Shown in pieces: positions 16,893-25,808 of a DNA stretch of 64,000 bases. This DNA is from Sphingomonas bacterium (GTDB taxonomy: Bacteria > Pseudomonadota > Alphaproteobacteria > Sphingomonadales > Sphingomonadaceae). A program made the position numbers and the translations under genes. Below the pieces are notes generated by a model. The model worked only from the letters and a program-made list of their open reading frames with translations. It had not been told where the DNA came from and ran no database searches. The stretch lies in the NCBI RefSeq assembly GCF_028292945.1, contig NZ_JAQGLJ010000022.1, forward strand, positions 14,436 to 78,435, written 5' to 3'. The stretch's first letter is position 1, and the number at the start of each line of letters is the position of its first letter.

Positions 16893-17717
16893 TTAGGTCG
16901 CCAGCCCGCACTCCATCACGCTCATGCCGGTCAACCACGCGCCGATCGGCTCATAGACCGTAACGCGCCGCGGCAGTGCCCCAAGCGCGCCGACCGCGGT
17001 GATCCAGCTTCGTACCTCATGCGCACCCGTCCCGGCATGGTCGAGTTCGCTGTCGGGAAGGTCGAGCAGGTCGGACATATCGTCGCCCGCGATCCGCTCG
17101 AGAAACCATCGGTCGAACTGCTCGTCGATGACACCGTCGCGCGGCGTGCCGATCCAGTGCGACAGTCCGCCCGCGCCCACTACGGCCACCCGCAGCGGTT
17201 CCGGAAAGCTGCAGATGGCGGCATGCAGCGCCACACCCATTTCGTGGCAGCGACGCAGGGGCATCATCGGCGACACCAAGGTGTTCTGGATGATCGGAAC
17301 CAGCGGGATCGTCATCGTGGAATCGATCGGCAGATAGGTCGTCAGCATCCCGTGATCGAGCAGCAGCGCGTTGGAGGTCGACGGATCGAATCCTGTTCCG
17401 AGAAGCCGGTCCGCCAGATGTCGAGCGAAATTCGGATGCCCCGGAAACGCGCTCATGGGCATGTTCATCCACCGTTCCGCAGGTCCCATATGGGCCGGTC
17501 CGGTGCCGATTGTCGCCTGCGGGAACAAGTCGGGCTGAAAATTGGTGAAATGTTCGCCAGAGCAGATGACTACGACATCGGGTTCCAGCGCGCGCAACTT
17601 CCCGGCCGCCGCCTGCTGCGCCGCCATGAAGCGATCCGCGGCGTCGCCGCCAAGCGTGCGCCGGACGATCTGGCCCGGCGCGTGCGATGCGCAAAAGCCG
17701 CCTATTACTTCCGCCAT
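16893..17717 (-). CDS. class III extradiol ring-cleavage dioxygenase, catalytic LigB-type large subunit
   Basis: 274 aa with LigB-family features (GGFCASHAP...VVICSGEHF...LLDHG...AGGLSHW). GGAGG lies 7 nt upstream of the ATG. Confidence 0.8.
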   Translation of the reverse strand: MAEVIGGFCASHAPGQIVRRTLGGDAADRFMAAQQAAAGKLRALEPDVVVICSGEHFTNFQPDLFPQATIGTGPAHMGPAERWMNMPMSAFPGHPNFARHLADRLLGTGFDPSTSNALLLDHGMLTTYLPIDSTMTIPLVPIIQNTLVSPMMPLRRCHEMGVALHAAICSFPEPLRVAVVGAGGLSHWIGTPRDGVIDEQFDRWFLERIAGDDMSDLLDLPDSELDHAGTGAHEVRSWITAVGALGALPRRVTVYEPIGAWLTGMSVMECGLAT

Positions 17718-17992
17718 CTCGGCACCTCCGGACTCAGTTGGACCTCGGGCAACCGATCCATGAACGCTGGGCGCTGGACGCCGACGGCATAGGCGAAACC
17801 GATCAGAAGGCAGGGGTGCACGCCAATCGCTCCCAACGCGGCGATGTCGCCCCCCGTTACCGCGTCACGGTGCGGCTCGGGCAAGTCGGCGGCAAGTGCC
17901 GCCACGTCCGCCCCCTCGTCCTCGTCCCGCGCGCGGATGATGTCGAACAGGCGTTTCTGCAGCCCGGACAGGTCCCACGTCGCAGCGCTCAC
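17705..17992 (-). CDS. LigA-like small subunit of the two-subunit extradiol dioxygenase
   Basis: 95 aa. The GTG start overlaps the oxygenase beta-subunit TGA (GTGA), and the 3' end overlaps the ligB-like start by 13 nt. The assignment rests on size and position immediately upstream of the LigB-type subunit, as in ligAB/carBaBb; sequence similarity was judged by eye only. Confidence 0.55.
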   Translation of the reverse strand: MSAATWDLSGLQKRLFDIIRARDEDEGADVAALAADLPEPHRDAVTGGDIAALGAIGVHPCLLIGFAYAVGVQRPAFMDRLPEVQLSPEVPRWRK

Positions 17993-18501
17993 AACAGGAT
18001 CGCCAGGTTCTGCATGGGTAATGTCGAGTGATCGAGATACACCGTGCGCGCGGCGAGCTTCCAGCCGCCATCGCTTCGGACCAGGCGATCATGCCGTTCC
18101 CCGACCAGCTGCTCGGGCTGGGCTATGTCACCCCGCGTGCGATGCAACAGCAGATTGGAGACGGCCAGCACCTCGTCGTCCTGCTCGGTCGGCCGAATGC
18201 GGATGTTGGTGAGGATATGGCGGGTGCGCGACGGTGGGTCTTCCGCCCAAGCGAAATCGGTTTCGAGCCGCCTGATCCGTTGTTCCAGGAGAAAATAATT
18301 GTCGTCGAAATGCGCCGCCGAGTCCTGGAAACCCTCACCCTGGCCCGACGGCTTGGTCACGCGTACGGGCACTAGATACCGGACGCTAGGGGACACCAGC
18401 GCAAGCCAGTCGCGCAACCGCCCGTGATCAAGAAGCTCTGCCTCGGCGAACAGCCACTGGGAGATCTCGAAGTGGAGGCTCTGGTCGATCGTCACGGTCA
18501 T
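17989..18501 (-). CDS. aromatic ring-hydroxylating dioxygenase beta (small) subunit
   Basis: 170 aa from MTVTIDQSLHFEISQWLFAEAELLDHGRLRDWL..., an SnoaL/NTF2-like RHO beta pattern. Its ATG overlaps the alpha-subunit TGA (ATGA). Confidence 0.85.
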   Translation of the reverse strand: MTVTIDQSLHFEISQWLFAEAELLDHGRLRDWLALVSPSVRYLVPVRVTKPSGQGEGFQDSAAHFDDNYFLLEQRIRRLETDFAWAEDPPSRTRHILTNIRIRPTEQDDEVLAVSNLLLHRTRGDIAQPEQLVGERHDRLVRSDGGWKLAARTVYLDHSTLPMQNLAILL

Positions 18502-19865
18502 GCGCCTTCCCCGTCCTGAACCATGTAGCCGAGCCACGTGCGCCAGAACTGACGCTGGTTATGCTCGGCATAGGAGACCGGATAAGCGTTGCCCGGCCCC
18601 GGCCAGTCGGCGATCGGCTGCTCGATCGGCGCATTGTCCTTGTCGAGACCCATGCGGTAGTTGAGCGCGATGTCCGACGCCGACGCGCCCTTGGCCGCTG
18701 CGGTCACGTAAGACCAATTCTCGGTGTCGTCCTGCTCGAACATGCCGGACGAGCCGAACGACGCCGAGTAGGCCCGCTCGTTCAGTCGCTTGACGTGTTC
18801 GGGAGCTTCTTTGTCGACGGCGCACCACGAGATGATCTCCATCCTGTCGGCACTCAGCGGGCGCCACTGGCGAAAGCTGTAGAAGCGCACCGGTGCCGCG
18901 CCCTTGTCGATGATCGCGGGTCCGCTGACGAACGACAGGTTCGGAAAGAGCGTGCCCGACACCGGCAGGAAGCCGCGGTCGAACACTGTCTCCTTGTGGC
19001 CGTCGGAAAGATGCGCGCGGGCCGCCTCGACCACCTCGGGCGCATAGCTGGTCGCCATCTCGCCCATGCTCGCCAGACCGCCGCCGCCGATGCCACCGGC
19101 GTTGAAATGCACGCCTTCCTTGCGGAAGTTGACGTTGCCGCCGACCGCGACCAGCCCGGTCTCGATCACCGACCGGTGCGATGTCATCGTGTGATAGGCG
19201 TCGCCGAAGAAATTCTCGGCGCCCAGCTTCCAGTTGCAGGGGACGATGAACCGGTGCGGTGCGCCGCGGACCTCCATGCCCTGTTCGGTCAGGCGCGTGT
19301 AGAGATCGAAATACCAGCTGTATTCGCCCATGTAATCCACCAGCGAGGGCGCATCGGGATCGAGGTTTGCGAAAATGAAGCCGTTTCGTGAATCCTGATG
19401 CGCGACGGGCAACAGGCCCCAGTCCTTGCGCGCGAACTGGTCGCCGTAGGCCTTGCGGCTCTCCGGCGCGCCGAGCAACCCGCCGTTCGATCCATAGGCC
19501 CAGCCGTGATAGGGGCATACGAAGCGATCGGTGCTGCCGGCCTCGGCTCGGCAGATCTGCATCCCCCGGTGGCGGCAGATCGCGTGGAAGGCACGCACCT
19601 GGTCATCGTCGCCGCGCACCACCAGGATCGGGTCGGCGCCGATGTGGCGCAGCACATAGTCGCCCGGATTTGGGACCTCGGTTTCATGCGCGAGGAAATT
19701 CCACGCACGCCCGAATATCCGCGTTATCTCCGCCGCATAGATACCCTCGTCGGCGAACAAGCCGAGCGGCAGGCCGAAACTGCCGTTGGCGATCTCGTCG
19801 CGTGTGCGATCGAACAGGGTTCGCGACGGCCCGGGGGCCAGTTCAGCTGCGCTACTCACGTACAT
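18498..19865 (-). CDS. aromatic ring-hydroxylating dioxygenase alpha subunit (Rieske [2Fe-2S] plus mononuclear iron)
   Basis: 455 aa. Rieske motif CRHRG-x-CPYHGW (C-x-H-x17-C-x2-H). Catalytic iron motif NFFGDAYHTMTSH (D-x2-H-x4-H). AAGGAG lies upstream of the ATG at 19865; the longer upstream ORF extension was not used. Confidence 0.9.
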   Translation of the reverse strand: MYVSSAAELAPGPSRTLFDRTRDEIANGSFGLPLGLFADEGIYAAEITRIFGRAWNFLAHETEVPNPGDYVLRHIGADPILVVRGDDDQVRAFHAICRHRGMQICRAEAGSTDRFVCPYHGWAYGSNGGLLGAPESRKAYGDQFARKDWGLLPVAHQDSRNGFIFANLDPDAPSLVDYMGEYSWYFDLYTRLTEQGMEVRGAPHRFIVPCNWKLGAENFFGDAYHTMTSHRSVIETGLVAVGGNVNFRKEGVHFNAGGIGGGGLASMGEMATSYAPEVVEAARAHLSDGHKETVFDRGFLPVSGTLFPNLSFVSGPAIIDKGAAPVRFYSFRQWRPLSADRMEIISWCAVDKEAPEHVKRLNERAYSASFGSSGMFEQDDTENWSYVTAAAKGASASDIALNYRMGLDKDNAPIEQPIADWPGPGNAYPVSYAEHNQRQFWRTWLGYMVQDGEGA

Positions 19866-19875
19866 CTCCTTGCAA

Positions 19876-20745
19876 TCAGGCTCTTGGTGCCAGCGCACCG
19901 TCGACGAACGCCCGCAGTAGGCTGACGAACAATCGCGGCTGGTCGATATGGCTCCAATGTCCGGCGGCCGGCAGGATGTGCAGGCTGGCGCCAGGCAGGC
20001 GGCGAGCCAGCGCCAGGCTGTTGCGTGGGTCGCTGATCTGGTCTTCGCCACCGTGGATCAGCATCATCGGAGTGCGGATGCGCTGGAAGGCTTCGGGATT
20101 CGTGGGCGCGGCCGGCAGGCCACCGCGCACCATCGCGCGGAAGGCCTCGACCGCGCCGGGCCGGATGCTTTGGGCGTAACGGCGCTCGGTCAGCGCTTCG
20201 ACCGTCATCGGCAGCGCCGCCGGATCGTGAAAGAACAGGGGCACGATTTGCGCCATCCGTTCGACCGATGGCGCCGTGTAGAAATCTTTGATCAGCGATT
20301 CCCGCGCGCTGGCCGTGCCCGGCTCCTCGTCGGCGGAATAGCCGGCCGCACCCATAAGCACGGCGCCGCGCACGCGATCCGGCGCCTGCAGCAGCATCTG
20401 CAGCAGGATCGCGCCGCCGCCGCGCGAGTTTCCGACAATATATGCCGATGGCTCGCCCAGCGCGTCCATTACGTTTTCGACCTGGGCCACCCGGAGCGCC
20501 ATCCATGCCGCCGGCCCCTCCGGCAGCGGATCCGGCATCGAGGTTTCTCCGAACCCCGCGAGGTCGATGGCGTAACACCGGAAGTGGTCGGCGAGCGGCA
20601 CCATGGTTCCACCCCAGTTGAGATCGGCATCCATGCCCGGCCCGATGCCGTGCAGCAGGAACAGCGGTACGCCGTCGCCTGACGCCAAGACGCGCGTGCG
20701 GAGCCCCGCCCCCTCGACCCACAGCGTTTCGACCACCTTCGTCAT
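19876..20745 (-). CDS. alpha/beta-fold hydrolase, meta-cleavage-product (C-C bond) hydrolase-like
   Basis: Nucleophile elbow GNSRGG and C-terminal AGHWSHIDQP. It is the first gene of the oxygenase operon. The ATG at 20745 has GAGAGGA upstream; a GTG at 20757 is an alternative. Confidence 0.8.
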   Translation of the reverse strand: MTKVVETLWVEGAGLRTRVLASGDGVPLFLLHGIGPGMDADLNWGGTMVPLADHFRCYAIDLAGFGETSMPDPLPEGPAAWMALRVAQVENVMDALGEPSAYIVGNSRGGGAILLQMLLQAPDRVRGAVLMGAAGYSADEEPGTASARESLIKDFYTAPSVERMAQIVPLFFHDPAALPMTVEALTERRYAQSIRPGAVEAFRAMVRGGLPAAPTNPEAFQRIRTPMMLIHGGEDQISDPRNSLALARRLPGASLHILPAAGHWSHIDQPRLFVSLLRAFVDGALAPRA

Positions 20746-20802
20746 GCGTCCTCTCACTCGCCCGTCATTGCGGGCAGTTGGCCGGCAGGCCCATTAAGTT
20801 CG

Positions 20803-20815
20803 ATATACTGTATAT
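20803..20815. promoter_or_regulatory. 13-bp AT-rich palindrome ATATAC-T-GTATAT between the oxygenase operon and the TonB-dependent receptor gene
   Basis: Perfect inverted repeat 58-70 bp upstream of the hydrolase ATG, in a conspicuously AT-rich gap. The operator role is inferred. Confidence 0.3.
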
Positions 20816-20929
20816 ATGCTTCCTCTTGTCAAGGCGTCCTGATGCCGCTCCGCGCGGGGACCCGATTAGTTGACACAAAGGGAATACGATATATGAGACA
20901 TTGCTTAAAGCAGATCCGGGGAGGGATAT

Positions 20930-23134
20930 ATGTTGCTCAAGGTTGGAACAATCGGGATTTTGTTGGCGTCCGTAGCGGCAGTGCCGGCGATGGCTCAGTC
21001 ACAGCCGGTGCCGGAAGCCGCGCCATCCGCCGCCCCGGTTGATCCCGCCGTCAGCACCGTCGAACCGGTGCAGGACACCCCTTCCTCGAGCATCGAAGAC
21101 ATCGTCGTCACGGCCACCCGCCGCGCCGAACGCCTCCAGGACGTTCCGATCGCCGTCACCGCGATCGGTGGCAGCCAGCTTGCCAGCGCGGGCGTGACCG
21201 ATATCCGTCAGCTCACGGCAGTCGTGCCGGGCTTTAACGGCGGACGCAATTTCGCGGTCATGCAGCCGGTGATCCGCGGCGTCGGATCGACCGGCATCAC
21301 CCTGCTCGATGAATCGAACGTGGCGGTGTACATCGACGGGATCTACCAGCCCAACTCGTACACGACGATGCTCGAGTTGGTCGAGGTCGAGCGCGTCGAG
21401 GTTCTGCGCGGGCCGCAGGGCACGATCTTCGGACGCAATGCGACCGGCGGACTGGTCAACGTCATCACCCCGGATCCGAAACATGATTTCCGCGGAAAGG
21501 TCGTCGGCAGCTACGCGCGCTTTGGCGGTGCTAACGACGTCAACCTGCGCGGATACGTGACAGGCGGGCTGTCCGACACCGTCGCGATGGACCTGGCGGT
21601 CGTCTATCGGCACAATGGGGGCTATATCGACGATCTGGTGAACGGCGGCCAGATCGGGCGGACGTCCTATTTCGACGTTCGCAGCAAGCTGCTCTTCGAA
21701 CCGTCGGACAATGTCGAAATCGTCCTGACGCTGGGCTACGCCAATTCCGAGGATTTCGCGGCGAACGCCGTGCAGCCCTATGAGAACAACGCCCGGGGTC
21801 GCGCCTTCCCGGGCAACATCCTGGCGTCCCGCCCGTACCAGGCTTCGCTCAATCTCGAGCCGTTCATGAAGTTCGACCGGTATAATGCCGCGCTCAAGGT
21901 GTCGACCGACATCGGCTTCGCCAATCTCGAATCGACCACCGCCTACACCCGCAGCAGTATCGATCAGCAGTCCGATTCCGATGCGTCCAACATCCTCCTC
22001 GCCCAGAACGAAATCCATCCGCAATCAGAGGCCTACAGCCAGGAATTCCGCCTTTTGTCGGGCGGCGGCGGGCCGTTCCGGTGGATCGCCGGCCTCTATG
22101 CGTTCCGCCAGACCGGCGAGGCACTCGTAAACGTGATCACGTCCGCCGGCCCTCCCGCCCCGGTCAACCGTACCGTCATCAACGCGAGCGGATCGACCAC
22201 CGCCTTCGCCGGCTTCGCTGAGGGCACCTACGCGCTGACCGATCGACTCGAACTGACTGTGGGCGCGCGGTACAGCGACGAAAAGCGGGACATGACCGCG
22301 GGCGCGAACGGCCGCATCTTCGTCGATGACGTCGATACCTCGTTCTCACAGCTGACCTACCGCGGTTCGCTGAAATATGATCTCTCGCCGACCGCCAATG
22401 TCTATGCGAGCTACTCGACCGGCTTCAAGTCCGGGGTGTTCAACACCTATTCGGTATCGCCCGTCCCGACCGATCCGGAGCGGATCAAGGCGCTGGAAGT
22501 CGGGTTCAAAGCTGATCCCCTGTCCTGGCTGCGCACCAACGCAGCGATCTTCAAATATGTCTATGACGACCTGCAGGTCACGGCGCGCGACCAGAACGGC
22601 ACGGCCTATATCCTGCAGAACGCTGCGAAGGCCGACATTTGGGGCGGCGAGCTGGAAGTCACGGCGATGCCGACTCCAGATCTGTCGATCAGAGTCGCCG
22701 CGAGCTACAATAAAGCGACCTACGACGAGTTTCCCTTGGCGCAGGTCTACGTACCTCTGCCCGCCGGGGGCAACCAGACGGCGGCATTGGATGTCTCGGG
22801 CAACGACCTGATCCGTGCACCGCGATATACGCTCAATCTCGGCGTCGGCTACGGCTTCGACCTGGGCGGAGGGCGGGTCCAGCTGTCAGGGAACCTGTTC
22901 CACAGCGCGAAGGTCTTTCACGACTTCCTCAACATCGCCGTGCAGGACGCCTATTCCCTGCTGAACGCGGAAATCGCCTGGACAGACGCGGCGCAACGCG
23001 TGCGGGTGGCCCTGTTCGGGAGCAACCTGACCGACGCCCGCGTCGCCCAGCAGATCACGCCGGGACCGGTCGGCACCTACCTCAGCTACGAAAAGCCGTT
23101 GCGCGTGGGCGCTTCGGTCCAGCTAAACTTTTAA
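20930..23134 (+). CDS. TonB-dependent outer-membrane receptor
   Basis: 734 aa. Signal peptide (ILLASVAAVPAMAQ), plug region (DIVVTATRRAERLQDVPIAVTAI), beta-barrel, and C-terminal ...LRVGASVQLNF with a terminal aromatic residue. Confidence 0.9.
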   Translation: MLLKVGTIGILLASVAAVPAMAQSQPVPEAAPSAAPVDPAVSTVEPVQDTPSSSIEDIVVTATRRAERLQDVPIAVTAIGGSQLASAGVTDIRQLTAVVPGFNGGRNFAVMQPVIRGVGSTGITLLDESNVAVYIDGIYQPNSYTTMLELVEVERVEVLRGPQGTIFGRNATGGLVNVITPDPKHDFRGKVVGSYARFGGANDVNLRGYVTGGLSDTVAMDLAVVYRHNGGYIDDLVNGGQIGRTSYFDVRSKLLFEPSDNVEIVLTLGYANSEDFAANAVQPYENNARGRAFPGNILASRPYQASLNLEPFMKFDRYNAALKVSTDIGFANLESTTAYTRSSIDQQSDSDASNILLAQNEIHPQSEAYSQEFRLLSGGGGPFRWIAGLYAFRQTGEALVNVITSAGPPAPVNRTVINASGSTTAFAGFAEGTYALTDRLELTVGARYSDEKRDMTAGANGRIFVDDVDTSFSQLTYRGSLKYDLSPTANVYASYSTGFKSGVFNTYSVSPVPTDPERIKALEVGFKADPLSWLRTNAAIFKYVYDDLQVTARDQNGTAYILQNAAKADIWGGELEVTAMPTPDLSIRVAASYNKATYDEFPLAQVYVPLPAGGNQTAALDVSGNDLIRAPRYTLNLGVGYGFDLGGGRVQLSGNLFHSAKVFHDFLNIAVQDAYSLLNAEIAWTDAAQRVRVALFGSNLTDARVAQQITPGPVGTYLSYEKPLRVGASVQLNF

Positions 23135-23194
23135 AGTCTCCAGTCCGGCCGACGTCTGGCTAGGCCTCTCATCAATCAAGCGCATGGTAGAATC

Positions 23195-24022
23195 ATGACA
23201 AACAACAGCGATCCGGAAATCGGGAACTTCATCGACGTCGGAGCCATCAGGACGAACTATCATGACCTTGGCTCCGGGGATCCGATCGTCCTGATTCATG
23301 GTTCCGGCCCCGGGGTCACGGCCTGGGCCAACTGGCGCTTCACGCTTCCGGAGCTTGCCAAGACCCACCGCGTGATCGCTCTCGACATGCTGGGTTTCGG
23401 ATACACCGACCCTGCGCCCGACGGAAACTACACGCAGAAGTCCTGGCAAGCGCATCTGCGGGGCTTCCTCGACGCGCTCGAGCTCGACAAGGTTTCGCTG
23501 ATCGGAAACTCATTCGGCGGCGCGATGTCGCTGGCGCTAGCGGCTGCGGCTCCCGATCGCGTGGACAAGATCCTTCTTATGGGTTCGGGCGGACTCGAGT
23601 TTCCGATCACGCCGGCGCTGGCCACCGTGTGGAGCTATCGGCCCTCGGTCGAGAATATGCGCGAGGTGATGAACGTGTTCGCGTACAATCGCGCACTGCT
23701 GAACGAAGACTTGATCGAGATGCGCTATCGCGCCTCAATCCGTCCGGGTATTTCAGAGGCTTTCGCGCAGATGTTCGCCAGAGACCAGCAGGCCAAGGCG
23801 CTGGACATGACGACGCCCGAAGATCGCATCGCGGCGCTTTCCCATCAAACGCTGATCGTCCACGGCCGCGAAGACCAGGTCGTGCCGCTGGAACACGCGC
23901 TGCGGCTGCACAGCCTGATCAAGCGGTCGCAGCTACACGTCTTCGGAGAGTGTGGGCACTGGACGCAGATCGAGCAGCGAGCGCGGTTCAATCAGCTGGC
24001 GATTTCATTCTTCGCAGAATGA
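23195..24022 (+). CDS. meta-cleavage-product hydrolase (BphD/XylF/DmpD-like alpha/beta hydrolase)
   Basis: 275 aa. Motifs: LIHGSGPGVTAWANW, nucleophile elbow GNSFGG, HGREDQVVP, CGHWTQIEQ. Confidence 0.85.
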   Translation: MTNNSDPEIGNFIDVGAIRTNYHDLGSGDPIVLIHGSGPGVTAWANWRFTLPELAKTHRVIALDMLGFGYTDPAPDGNYTQKSWQAHLRGFLDALELDKVSLIGNSFGGAMSLALAAAAPDRVDKILLMGSGGLEFPITPALATVWSYRPSVENMREVMNVFAYNRALLNEDLIEMRYRASIRPGISEAFAQMFARDQQAKALDMTTPEDRIAALSHQTLIVHGREDQVVPLEHALRLHSLIKRSQLHVFGECGHWTQIEQRARFNQLAISFFAE

Positions 24023-24230
24023 CGGCGGGTTCCAACCGGGAACCACAGCAAACGGCGATCCGGGAATCGGATCGAGCGCCGTCGGCGGCCCGTCGACGGC
24101 AAGTTATAACGGTGATCGGCGACCCCCGACCGGGGCTGTTCGACTGTTGATCAACGGCCCGAATGCTCGACCGCTGCCTGCCGCCTGGGCGCCATCGCGG
24201 TGGCTATCGATCTTTTGAAGGAGGCGGCGC

Positions 24231-25808
24231 ATGCTTCGGGGAATGCAGGACTGGCCGCTCAGGATCTCCCGGATCTTGGACCACGCCGCGCGGGAGCATG
24301 GACAACGCGAGATCGTCAGTCGATATGCCGATGGCCAGGTCGTTCGCACGAACTGGGCCGGGATCGATCGCGACGCTCGCCGCCTTGCCAACGCGGCGAC
24401 GCGTCTGGGTCTCGCGCGGGGCGACCGGATCGCGACGCTGGCGATGAATCATGACCGCCATCTGGTCGCCTGGTATGGGGTGATCGGGATGGGCGGCGTG
24501 CTTCATACCCTCAATCCCAGGCTATCTGACGATCACCTCGTCTACATCGTCAACCACGCGCAGGATCGGGCGGTCTTCTATGACCGGGCGTTCGCGTCGC
24601 TCGTCGAACGGATCAAGCCGCGCATCCCGACGGTGCAGCATTTCATTTGCTTCGATCCCGGTCAGGACGATCAGTTCCAAGATCTGCTGAGAGCGGAGAC
24701 CGAGGATTTCGAATGGGTGGAGGGCGACGAACGCGAACCCGCCATGTTGTGCTACACCAGCGGCACGACCGGCGATCCGAAGGGGGTGCTGTACGAGCAT
24801 CGCTCGACCGTCCTTCACGCGATCACAGCCAGCCTGCCCGACCTCTTCGATCTGTCCGCGCGCGCGGTCGTGATGCCAATCGTGCCGATGTTCCATGCCG
24901 CGGCCTGGGGGCTGCCGTTCGCTGCGGGGGTGACGGGAGCGACCCTGGTCTTCACCACCGAGACAGCCCCGGAGGTGATCCGCGATCTCATTCATGCCGA
25001 GCATGTGACCCATTCAGCGGCCGTTCCCACCGTCTGGCTCGCGCTTATGGGACAGGGCGACGATGATGGCGCCGGTTATAGATCGTTGCGTGTCTTGGTA
25101 ATCGGTGGCGCAGCGGCGCCGCGCACCATGATCGAGCATTTCGACGGTCGCGGCATTCGTGTAGCGCATGCTTGGGGGATGACCGAAATGTCACCCATCG
25201 GCACCCTCGTCTCACCTGATCTCGACTGGCAGGCGTTGCCGCAAAACGAACGCACCGATCGACTGGCGCGGCAGGGACGGCCGCCCTTCGGCATCGAGCT
25301 GCGTACCGTGGACAACGAGGGCAGGGCGCTGCCCCGTGACGGCCGTTCGAGCGGACTGTTGCAGTCGCGCGGCGCTTGGGTCATCGACCGTTATTTCCTC
25401 GATTCGCAGACGATGGCGGCCGGCGTTGACGGGTGGTTCGACACCGGCGACGTCGCGATCCTCCATCCCGATGGCTCGATGCAGATCACGGACCGGGCCA
25501 AGGACGTCATCAAGTCCGGGGGCGAATGGATCAGCTCGATCCAGCTTGAGAACGCCGCATTGGGTTGCGAAGGCGTGGTCGAAGCCGCTGCGATCAGCGT
25601 TCCCGATACCAAGTGGGGCGAGCGGCCCGTGCTTGTGGTCGTCAGGTCGGACAGGTTTCGCGTCACAGAAGAGACGATCCTTCGGCACCTTGCCAACTGC
25701 GTGGCCAGATGGTGGATCCCCGACAGGATCCTGTTCGTCGACTCCCTACCCTACGGCGTGACTGGAAAGATCCAGAAGGCAGTGTTGCGCGAACAGCTTC
25801 GGCAATGA
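24231..25808 (+). CDS. AMP-dependent acyl-CoA synthetase/ligase (fatty-acid-CoA-ligase-like)
   Basis: 525 aa. AMP-binding motif [12 protein letters not shown], plus WGMTE and DTGD..DGS..ITDRAKD and [16 protein letters not shown] lies upstream of the ATG. Confidence 0.9.
   Translation: MLRGMQDWPLRISRILDHAAREHGQREIVSRYADGQVVRTNWAGIDRDARRLANAATRLGLARGDRIATLAMNHDRHLVAWYGVIGMGGVLHTLNPRLSDDHLVYIVNHAQDRAVFYDRAFASLVERIKPRIPTVQHFICFDPGQDDQFQDLLRAETEDFEWVEGDEREPAMLCYTSGTTGDPKGVLYEHRSTVLHAITASLPDLFDLSARAVVMPIVPMFHAAAWGLPFAAGVTGATLVFTTETAPEVIRDLIHAEHVTHSAAVPTVWLALMGQGDDDGAGYRSLRVLVIGGAAAPRTMIEHFDGRGIRVAHAWGMTEMSPIGTLVSPDLDWQALPQNERTDRLARQGRPPFGIELRTVDNEGRALPRDGRSSGLLQSRGAWVIDRYFLDSQTMAAGVDGWFDTGDVAILHPDGSMQITDRAKDVIKSGGEWISSIQLENAALGCEGVVEAAAISVPDTKWGERPVLVVVRSDRFRVTEETILRHLANCVARWWIPDRILFVDSLPYGVTGKIQKAVLREQLRQ

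Noticed and set aside
20803-20820. TACTGTATATAT resembles half of an E. coli-type SOS box.
   Set aside because: The second half-site (ACAG at the right spacing) is missing. Alphaproteobacterial LexA recognises a GTTC-N7-GTTC type direct repeat. The sequence is better explained as a local palindrome or operator.
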